A DNA stretch of 64,000 nucleotides from Eledone cirrhosa. Its lineage: Eukaryota. Position numbers and translations under genes: made by a program. The first letter of the stretch is position 1, and every line of letters begins with the position of its first letter. The stretch covers positions 78,554,001 to 78,618,000 of the forward strand of contig OZ024742.1 of assembly GCA_964016885.1 (NCBI GenBank), read 5' to 3'. Below the pieces are notes generated by a model. That model was not told the DNA's origin. It searched no databases and saw nothing but the letters and a program-made list of their open reading frames with translations. Below are positions 53,823 through 64,000 of this stretch, one piece after another.

Positions 53823-55444
53823 TATATATGTATGTCTATATTGTACATTGAAATTCATTTTTCAGTGCAAACAAATAAAATTATATTTTCCTCATGATAT
53901 TTTGATATAAATGTCCTTTGGGAATGATTTTGTTTTTTATTAGAACATCACAGAATTGGAAAAGTCACTCATCATGGCCGCATTGGGGTTTCATGTCCTA
54001 CATATGAAGATATCAAAGTCTCATCTACTGTCACAGAAGTTTAAAGACTTTGTTACTACATTACAGATTTTAAAATAAAGAGTGAATATTATTAATATCT
54101 ACGGTAGAAGCAGCCAGCGGGAATTTGTTTTAAGGAAAACAATTCCAGCTACTGTGTAGGTAAGATGAGCAGTATATTTTAAGGGACCTCATTCTGTGAA
54201 TGATTCAACATTTAAAAGAAAATTAAAAGGAATTTTAAAAAAGTTTTTCCAAGAATCAAATTCTAAAGCTAAAGTAAATGATGTTAAATTTATGGTAATT
54301 GTTAGAAAATTATATGAATAACTTAAGTAAAATCTTGTCTTCTTCTCTCCTAACATGTTATCAGATTTTTTTTTTAATATTCCATTTTATTTTTCTAATC
54401 CTTCCTTAACAGTTTTAAAATATTGACAGACTTAGAAATAAAAATTTAACATTTCAAATATTTCTGTTTTTATCATAAGCAACAACATTGTTACTACTAC
54501 TGCTTCTACTACTACTACTACCATCCCCACCACCACTACTACCACCAGCACCACCACCACCAATACTATTAAAATTCAACATGTATTATGTGTTGTTACA
54601 CTTTTATGCCCAATGGTACCTCTAATTGTTTTATTTATTTAATTTTCTTTCACAGCTGTCATGCTATTGTCTGTCTGACAGTACATATATACATTATCTC
54701 TCTCTATATGTGGTGTATATATATATGTGTATGCATGTGTATATATATATATAGGCATCCTAATCACCATCACCATTTAACATACATACATACATATATT
54801 ATAACACAATTGTAATCTTTTTTTTATGAATTGTCTATCACTAGCCTCTTTAAGCAAATTCTTAACAGTTGTCATCATTCAACATTTATGCAAAAAAACA
54901 ACAACACAAATTTTATCATATAAAAATGGAAATAAATAAATAAAATAAAATATAAACATTTAAAAAATATGTAAAAGCAAAAGTGTGGAAATCTTTGATT
55001 TTCAATTCTCCCATTGGGCTGTCAAAACATGGTTTTTCTTTTCATATTTGACAATTTTTTAAAGAAACCCCTCCCTCCAAGAAAAAAAAAGCAAGCCAAG
55101 AACATGTTTTAGAAGAGAACAAAGGAACAAACATATTATTTGGGTGTGAAGGAGGTGGTATGGAATAGAAAAAAAAATGAGAAAATGAAACAGCAAAAAA
55201 TATTTACAAAAAAATCCTCACTGAATGGGGTTTAATAATAACAAGAATAATAATGTTATTTTATTTGCTACAAGGGAGAGAAATGTGGTATATTACTAAA
55301 ACTCATTGAAGAGAAAACAAAAAGTGACCAAATATAAAGAAATTCACAAAAAGAAAGTTTAAAAGAGAAAAGAGAGAAAGATATTTAAGATAATGAAAGA
55401 ATGGAACTATAAATGGAAAAACTGCAATAATAATAATAATAATA

Positions 55445-56347
55445 ATAATTGTTTCTACTTTAGGCACAAGGCCAGCAATTACCCAGTACATTACTAGTAT
55501 TTTATTTTATCGACCCCGTAAGGATGAAAGGCAAAGTTAACCTTGGCGGGATTTGAACTCAGAATGGCAAGGGCCGTAACTCAATGCATCAAAGCATAAT
55601 AATAATAATAATAATGATGGTTTCTGATTGAGGCACAAGGCCAACAATTTTTGTGGAAAGGGAAAGTTGATTAAATCAACCCCAGTGTGTTACTGGTACT
55701 TTACTTTATCAACCAAGTAAGGATGAAAGGCAAAGCTAACCTCAGCGGGATTTGAGGTTAGCTTTGCCTTTCATCCTTACAGGGTTGATAAAGTAAAGCC
55801 CCAGTAATGCACTGGGGTAATTGCTGGCCTTGTGCCAAAAGTAGAAACATTATTATTATTATTATTGCTGTTGTTTCCATTTATATTTCTATTCTTCCAT
55901 TATTTTAAACATTTTTAATAATAATTGTTTCTACTTTTGGCACAAGGGCAGCAATTATCCCAGTGTATTACTGGTACTTTATTTTATCGACCCCGTAAGG
56001 ATGAAAGGCAAAGCTAGCCTCGGCGGGATTTGAACTCAGAGCGTAAAGGGCCATAACTCTATGCTGCAAAGCATGGCGTCCGACCCTCTACTGATACTGC
56101 CAATCCACATTTTTAATAATAATGATAATAATAATGGTTTCTGAATTAGGCACAATGCCAGCAATTTTTGGAGAAAGGGAAAGTTGATTAAATCAACCCC
56201 AGTCTGTTACTTTATTTTATCAAACCTGTAAGGTTGAAAAGCAAAGCTAACCTTGGCGTTACCTGAACTCAGAATGTAAAGGGATGCAACTACATGCTGC
56301 TAAGCATGTTGTCCGATGCTCTAACCCCTCTGCCAATTCACTGCCCT
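55445..56347 (-). mobile_element. Cluster of family 2 SINEs including a local inversion
   Basis: Four minus-strand copies plus a plus-strand partial copy at 55755-55850. Confidence 0.8.
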
Positions 56348-56571
56348 TAGCTAATCCATAATAATTGTTTCTATTTTTTTTTCCATATCATTGCAGAAGG
56401 GTAAAGAACTTTGCTCCACACAACTTGGTTTCAGGTTCAATCTCACTCTGTGACACCATGGACATCTGCAACTAGAGATTTCCAGCTAATCAATGCCTCC
56501 TATGACTTTAGTGGATAGAAACAATAAAATATCTTATCTCTCTATCTGTGTATTATGTATATATGTATATA

Positions 56572-56966
56572 TCATCAATATCGTTTTACATCCATTTCTA
56601 CATGCTGGTATGGGTTAGACGAGTTGTCCTTTTATGTTAAGTCAGGTGACAATGTCTTGCTAAAATAGAACTAGTTTTGGCTTGGTTTCTACACCTTGAT
56701 GCCCTTCCTAATGCCAACCACATTTACAGTGAGTACTGGGTGCTTTTTGTTGTGATACCTATACGACCACTTTACAGTGTGGGCTGGGTGCTTTTTACCA
56801 TGTCACCATCATGATCACTTTACAGTGTTTCAGCTTCTCATGAGAGATGTATGGGAGAGTGGGATGGGGTGGTGCATACTGTATAGACGGTAGGAGTTTG
56901 ACTCTTCCATGTTTGGACACATTGCTTCAGCCTGTGCCCATGGGAAGTCGAGTCTTCTGTATTAAT
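56572..56966 (-). mobile_element. Diverged RTE 3'UTR copy
   Basis: Similar to 26973-27310. Confidence 0.7.
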
Positions 56967-56981
56967 ATATAAATATATATA

Positions 56982-57325
56982 TCATTCATCATTTTCATTT
57001 CATTTTTACATCCGCTTTTTCCCTGCTTGCAAGGGTGGGACGGGAACTGATGCTGGCTTGATTTCTACAGCTGGATGCCCTTCCTAACACCAACCTTATT
57101 TACAGTGAGTGCTGGGTGCTTTTTTGCCGTGGCACCTCCACGACCACTTTGCAGTGGAATGATATGGACCCCAGTCCCTATCATCTCATTTCTACAGCTG
57201 AGTAAACTGGAGCAATGTGAAATAAAGTGTCTTGCTCAAGGAAACAACACATCACCCGGTCTGAGAATTGAACTCACAACCTTTCGATTGCAAAGCCAAT
57301 GCTCTAACCACTAAGCCATGTGCCT
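56982..57325 (-). mobile_element. tRNA-CORE-RTE-tail SINE
   Basis: Reverse complement of 331-676, high identity. Confidence 0.85.
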
Positions 57326-57450
57326 ATAATAAATTCAAAGGGTATATATATATAAATTAGACAAAGTCATAGATACATATATGCGTTTGGCAACCATTCA
57401 CGGTGTGGCTCAATGAAGAATTAATTAAATAATTATTAATCAGAGCAATT

Positions 57451-57700
57451 TATAAAAATGTAAGTCCAAAGAATCATTAGATAAAATATATACAGTATTT
57501 CCTCTCCCAATCAGTATAAATTAACCACACAAAAAATCATTTAAACGAGGCTATAAGATTAAAATGTACTATTTCTTCATAAGTAGATTTTAATCTTATA
57601 GCCTCGTTTAAATGATATTTTGTGTGGTTAATTTATACTGATTAGGAGAGGAAATACTGTATATATTTTATCTAATGATTCTTTGGAGTTACATTTTATA
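57451..57700. repeat. Long hairpin, ~120 bp arms with an 11 nt loop
   Basis: 57451-57570 pairs with 57582-57700; (TA)n at 57343-57354 and 57697-57719. Confidence 0.92.
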
Positions 57701-58214
57701 TATATATATATATATATATGCATGTTTGTAACTGAACACGCGTGCCTTTTCTTCAAAAACATTTTCTTTTCCATTTCTTCCTCTTTTCACTCTATCCTAT
57801 CTTTTTATTTTTTCTTCTGATTAATGACTACTGTCTAAAACGTTATCACTCATTTCCTACTTTATCAAGCATGAAACTAATATATATCTTCATTATACTG
57901 TATTGTTTTGTTGTGCTCTTTTCCATTTAATTTTTGCATATTATATATATATATATATATATATGTGTAAACAAAAAAGCACACAGTCCACGCTGTAATG
58001 TGGCCATGTAGGAAACACGGTAAAATGGCTCCCAGGCCACAGTGTAAATGTGGTTGGTGTTTGGAAGGACATCCAGCCATAGAAAACCTGCAAGATACAG
58101 TTCTTTATGAGCGAAACATAGTTACCTGATCAATCTTGCCTCAAGTGGGACTATTCCCGTCTAACCCATGCTAGCGTGGAAGATAGACGTTAAACGATTA
58201 TGATGATGTTGATA

Positions 58215-58492
58215 TCTAAAGTCTGTCTTAAGCCAGAAGGCTCCTTTGGCCAGTGTTTATCCCAGTTTTATGGTGTGAAGCGACTGAGAGTATAAGACTC
58301 CCTCCTGAGCAGGATGCCAGTCCATCGCAGGTTTAAAACCCCCAGCTATTGATGGTACTCATTTTCAGCTGAGTATATTGAAGCAGCATGAAATTAACTG
58401 TTTTGCTCAAGAACATAACACACAACACAGGAATTGAACCGACAACATTATGATCGTACGTCCAACACCCTTACCACTAGGCCACATGCCTC
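58215..58492 (-). mobile_element. tRNA-headed CORE-like SINE (another family)
   Basis: Minus strand ggaggcatgtggcctagtggtaagg head, ggttcaattcc box B, ttcttgagcaaaaca CORE-like segment. Confidence 0.6.
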
Positions 58493-59884
58493 CATATATA
58501 TATATATACATACACATACATAGGCATATGTCAGTTTATTTCATGCTACTCCATATTGACAGAATTTAAAGCAAATGATAAAATATACAAAAACATTAAT
58601 TTGAAAATAGTGAGTTTACTGACAGAGCTAGAGAGTGAGAAAAGCATTTGTGTAGTTGTTTTTCATGAAAACAAAGAATATTTTCTAGGTTAACATGTGG
58701 GGGATCCATTTCAAGAGATTCTAAAAATGGTGGGATGGGCACTATTCTGCATGTGTGTTCACGTGCATGTGTGTGTATATGTCTGTGTGTAGTGTAGTGT
58801 GGTGTGGAGGCTAACATTGTATTTATTTTTTTATTTTATTTTAGAGCCAAACATATCTGAAACAATGATATTGCAATGTTAAAGAATTCTGTCTTGGAAT
58901 TTGGTTTTAACCCATCTGCTCTCTCCACTCACATCCATCACCATTTATTTATATTATTATCATTATTAGTGTTATTATTATCACCGTCATCATTGAGTAA
59001 CATGAAATGAGGAAAGCAGTGTCATATTTTTTTTTTTTCAAAATATGAAGACAGGACCTACTAACATATCAAATATGCCTGGGTTAGTGAGAGGCAGATT
59101 TGTTAATTTGAAATAACCAACCACCTGCCACCAAAAAAGAGGAAGAAGGAGGAGGAGGGGGAAAGAAGAAGAAGGAGGAAGGGGAAAGAAGAAGGAGGAG
59201 GAAGCCAAAAATAACAACCACTACCACTATTACTGTTACCAACAGTAGTCTCCAAATATGTGGCACCTATCAATAATTCTTCATATTTTCGGTGTTTCTA
59301 TATTCTTCCCTACTTTTCCACTATTATATTTAGCGAAGTTTACTTTGCCTTTCATCCTTACGGGGTCGATAAAATAAAGTACCAGTAATGCACTGGGTAA
59401 TTTCTGGCCTTGTGCCAAAAGTAGAAACAATTATATTTAGTTTGTTATTTCTACAAGTATGTCTAATTATTGTCCTGTTTTGACGTTAGTACCTTTTATT
59501 TTCTATTCAGGTTTATGATTCTATTGATCTCCTATATGGAAGTCTGGTCTGAGGACAAATACTTAGCAAATGTCTCTAGTAAAAACGAAAAAGAAAACAA
59601 AAAACAAACAGATCAAAGATTAACCGTTTCATTACAATAATTCTAATATACAGCCCGTGATTTTGAAATAATTTTGAAAATACTCAAGAATTTGGAGACA
59701 TTTTGTAATTGAAGTAACTTTTGGTGTTTAGAACATAACTTAATGATTCTTACATAAAATTATAATGGATAGTGTTATATATATATATATATTTTGTTTC
59801 TGAATTTGATACCAGTGAGCTGGGACTCCTACTTAAACTTACCTATAATAATGATTATCTAGATACGTATGACCTTAGCAACCT

Positions 59885-60652
59885 GTGCCCTACAAGACCA
59901 GCAAGAGGCAGACCACCTACCATTATCTCATTGGCCAAGAAAACCCACGCAGAGCCATACGGACCCCCGAAAACCACGATGAACGAAAAAAAATGATTGC
60001 ACATGCGGTGGGGGCCAGTATAAAACTAACCCTTAAGGAACATATGTTCAAATTTAATGGAAAAACATATGCCCAAGAGGAGGGAGCAGCCATTGGTGTT
60101 AGCATTGCAGGTGACATAGCTAACCTATTCATGGTATGGTGGAACAATAAACTTAAACTTAAAGAACAATTAGAAGACAGCAACCTCTTAACCCTGATAA
60201 TGTACTCCCGCTACGCTGATGATATAAACATCGTAGTAAAAACACCCCCACTAGAGAACAGTCAGGAATTAGAGAAAAACACCATGGAAAGCATCCAGCT
60301 AATAGCTAACTCCATCCACCAGAGTATTAGAGTTACTATAGACTACCCAAGCAAACACCCCAACCATCGATTACCTGTACTAGACACAGAGCTCTGGTTA
60401 GAAACCATTAATAACAAAAAACAAATCCGCCATTCCCATTATGCCAAACCCATGACTTCCAAATATCTGATCCACCGAAACTCAGCTGTTTCAGATTACA
60501 CCAAAATCAACATACTGATTGCGGATTTGGTACGAGTGATGAGAAACGTGTCCCGCATGTGCAACCCCAAAGAACTAGAGAGACACATACAACACTTCAT
60601 CCACCATATGCAGTTCTCTGGTCACAATCAGAGAGATAAAATCAGAGTATAA
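59885..60652 (+). pseudogene. Penelope-type reverse transcriptase fragment
   Basis: FKFNGKTYAQEEGAAIGVSIAGDIANLFM, RYADD, LPVLD, YAKP motifs; frameshifted on both sides. Confidence 0.88.
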
Positions 60653-60782
60653 AGAGGATCCAGAACCAAATGGTAAATAATGATACAAATGGGACCTGCC
60701 CCTTGTATAGGAGCAAATTTTGGAATAGAATAAGGTTAATAGAATAAACTCATGGTATGATAGCAATAAATACCAGAGTGTA

Positions 60783-61285
60783 ATGTTCATCAATACAACC
60801 CCTAGAGGTGAATTAGCTTACAAATTTAGAAGGGCCCTAGATAAACTTAAACTTAAGATTAAGATAGTAGAAAGACCAGGTACCTCCATAAAAACACTTA
60901 TTAGCAATACATACACTTTTCAAAGACCTCCCTGTATAGATAAGAAATGCATAATCTGTAAACTAAGCCCCCATATTAAATGTAAAACTAGAAATGTAGT
61001 ATATAGCATAAGATGTACTGAATGACAATGTAAATATAAGAATATAGTGTACATAGGTGAGACAGCTCGTAGTATAGAACGGTTAAATGAACACTGGAGA
61101 GAGCTTCAAGATAAAAAAGAATCATCAATACTTCACCAACATGCTAAAATAGAACATAAGGGCAAATTAGAGAACATAGAAATAAAATAGAATCTACACA
61201 CAGAAAAGACGCAATGTTTAGACAAATCACAGAGGCAATAAACATAAATGAACTCCAACCAAAATTAAATAGAAAACATGAATGG
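60783..61285 (+). pseudogene. Penelope GIY-YIG endonuclease with Cys-rich linker; in-frame TGA and later frameshift
   Basis: CIDKKCIIC...CKTRNVVYSIRCTE*QCKYKNIVYIGETARSIERLNEH. Confidence 0.82.
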
Positions 61286-61510
61286 AATAGCAACATCACA
61301 ACTTACAATTAAGGACAAAATGAAAACACACACACACATAGAACAAACAACCAACCAGTAACATGTAAATAAACAAATAAATAAACAAATAAAAACACAC
61401 ACAGACACCCGGATGTAACACATACGCAAACTAAGCACACAACACACACAAAAACAAGATGGTGTAAGACAGAATAAAGGAGAGGCACAAAACAAAGAAA
61501 AGAATCCCCA

Positions 61511-61553
61511 GTCACTGAAGAGGTCACAGAATGTATGACGAAAGAACTTTGAC
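61511..61553 (+). ncRNA. Minimal type I hammerhead in the Penelope 3' region
   Basis: gtca-CTGAAGA-g-gtca-cagaatgta-tgac-GAAA-gaac-TT-tgac. Confidence 0.7.
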
Positions 61554-61853
61554 AATATATGAACAACCGTCCGGTTGTGGAACCAACCAACCAACCGGAA
61601 ATTTATAAATTCTTAAATTTATAATAAATTGTAGTGAAAGCAACTGGTGTGTATGTTTCTTATTGGCAACATGACCCTCCCAAAGTATAACAATATATAT
61701 ATATATATATATATATTAGAAAGTGAGGTTTTTTTTACAAAATGAAAAATAACCGAGGTGTCCTACACGAGTGGAAGTATAAAGAAAAAGGGATGAAATT
61801 GAAAATGCAACTGAAGTCTTATTTTTTTTTTAAATATATATATTTATTTGGTC

Positions 61854-61891
61854 CCTTTACCGGTTTCGCAGTTCTTCTGCTTTTCAAAAGG
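61854..61891 (-). ncRNA. Minimal hammerhead, U3-A8 variant
   Basis: Mirror image of 61955-61992. Confidence 0.75.
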
Positions 61892-61954
61892 TGAGTTGAG
61901 ATGGAGGGTCTGTGGTTTTTCTGAGAAAAACCACAGACCCTCCATCTCAACTCA

Positions 61955-61992
61955 CCTTTTGAAAAGCAGAAGAACTGCGAAACCGGTAAAGG
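61955..61992 (+). ncRNA. Minimal hammerhead, U3-A8 variant
   Basis: cctt-TTGAAAA-gcag-aagaa-ctgc-GAAA-ccgg-TA-aagg: stems I and II fully paired, ACCGGT palindromic stem III, GUA site. Confidence 0.78.
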
Positions 61993-62061
61993 AACCAAAT
62001 AAATATATATATTTTTTAAAAAAATAAGACTTCAGTTGCATTTTCAATTTCATCCCTTTTT

Positions 62062-62138
<77 letters not shown>

Positions 62139-63256
62139 TACATATATAAAAAAACATTTTAAAACAAATAGTTTTGTATCATGTAACTAGAGTCAGTTTT
62201 AAAAAGTTTAGTATCAGAAGAGTTAAGGCAAATAACAATCTCATAGAGAGTTGTGGTTAGTATATGTTGTAGTGCACGTGAGCACTGTACACAATAGTTT
62301 TCATTATATTATATTAAGGTTGATTTTTCATCCTTACAGGGTCGATAAAATAAAGTATCAGTCACGCACTGGGGTTGATTTAATCGACTTTCCCCTCCCA
62401 CAAAATTGCTGGCCTTGTGCCTATATAAGAAACCATTATATTAAGATTGATTTTTTAAATTTACATTGTTTCTTAAAACATTTTTTGCAGTATATGTTGA
62501 GAATCACCAGAAAATGTTATCTAATAAAAATAAAACACATTACTAAAGGGAACAGAAAAGGAAGAGAAAAGAAAATGAAAAGGAGAAAAAAGAAGGATCA
62601 AGCAGTGAAAAAAAGGGAGAGGGAGGTGGACAGCCATTGCACATAAATCTGAGCAGTGCCTCTGCACACAAAAACAAAAGACCTGGTAACAAAGTGAATT
62701 CTCTTATAAGCACTCAAGGGACATTTGTTGGCATTGCCCCAGACAATGGAATTAAGACTGTCATCCTAAAACAGAGGATGTTAAGAGCTGGAACAACTGC
62801 CACACTGTGTCTCATCCAACACTTGAACAATCATGCTACTTAATTTTATCAGCTTTGAAATGTAGAAAACAAAGTTGGACATAGCAGTGTTTGGACTCAG
62901 AGAGCATAGAAAACCAGAATAGATAATATGAGGCATTTTGTCGTATGCTCTAACAACTTTGCCAATTCACTGCCATTTGTTGTTTTATTTTGTATTTTGC
63001 CTTTATACCATATTCAAGATGTTTTTGTGACCAAATTATTCAGGATTGGTGGGGTACCTAAGTCACCCCTGGGTCGTCCACCCGCTATAGGAGAATTTAT
63101 TTTGTTATATTTATGCATAGTTTATTTTATATTTTTTATATCTTCATTGTTTTAGTCTTGCCATTGTGCACTTTTACTCGACCTTATTGTAAACCCCCAC
63201 TGTTCCTGTCTTTGTATTGTCCCCTACATGTTGGCCCTTGTGGCTAATAAATGAAA

Positions 63257-63291
<35 letters not shown>

Positions 63292-63293
<2 letters not shown>

Positions 63294-63980
63294 GGATTGG
63301 CAGTATTGGTAGAAAGTAAGACAACATGCTTTATGGCATATAGCTACATCCCTTAACATTCTGAGTTCAAAAGCCACCAAGGTTAGCTTTGCCTTTCAGC
63401 TCTACGGGATCGATAAAATAAAGCACCAGTAATCCACTGGGGTTGATTTAGTCGACTTTCCCCTCTACCCAAATTACTGGCCTTGTGCCTAAAGTAGAAA
63501 TTATTATCATTGTGGATTGGCAGTATCGGTAGAGATTCAGAGAACGTGCTTTGTGGCAGATAGTTACATCCCATAACATTCTGAGTTCAAATGTCACCAA
63601 GGTTAACTTTGCCTTTCATCCTTACAGAGTTGATAAAATAAAGTACCAGTAATGCACTGGTATAATTGCTGGCCTTGTACCAAAAATAGAAACAATTATC
63701 TCTTCACACTCTCTACTACTAACGCACTGGAGTCAATTTAATCGACTTTTCCCTCCCCACAAAATTGTTGGTCTTCTAAATCAGAAACCATGTTGAATTG
63801 GCAGTATCGATAGAGGGTCGGACGCCATGCTTTCCAGCATAGTTACGTCCCTTTATGTTCTGAGTTCAAATCCCACCAAGGTTAACTTTGCTTTTCATCC
63901 TGACGGGGTCGATAAAATAAAGTACCAGTAATGTACTGGGTAATTGCTGGCCTTGTGCCAAAAGTAGAAACAATTATTAT
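63292..63980 (+). mobile_element. Head-to-tail cluster of family 2 SINEs
   Basis: Copies at ~63292-63505, 63512-63698 and 63795-63980, plus a fragment at 63722-63790. Confidence 0.82.
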
Positions 63981-64000
63981 TACTGTATAGAACTTTTGTT

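Larger units (their letters stand above)
59793..61692 (+). mobile_element. 5'-truncated Penelope-like element inserted in (TA)n
   Basis: RT, then GIY-YIG, then a hammerhead; (TA)n at 59775-59792 and 61693-61716. Confidence 0.88.
61778..62068. repeat. Near-perfect 291 bp palindrome with a hammerhead in each arm
   Basis: 145 bp arms centred on 61923, only a few mismatches; left extension 61717-61777; (TA)n on both sides. Confidence 0.95.

Overview
AT-rich, microsatellite-dense eukaryotic DNA, most likely cephalopod (octopus-like; inferred from the repeat families). No host protein-coding exon could be supported, and almost all short ORFs in the track are translations of simple repeats. The window holds RTE-clade LINEs, including a young 5'-truncated copy with an unbroken ~730-codon RT ORF carrying a PHD-type finger, nested inside an older RTE. 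It also has two Penelope-like elements (RT and/or GIY-YIG), tRNA-headed CORE-type and Nin/Deu-type SINEs, and mariner- and piggyBac-type MITEs. The most striking structure is a recurring architecture of (TA)n, a one-sided extension, an inverted repeat or palindrome, and (TA)n again. Several instances carry outward-facing minimal type I hammerhead ribozymes, and two unrelated elements have the U3-A8 covariant core instead of C3-G8. All alignments and folds were done by eye; boundaries are approximate unless stated.
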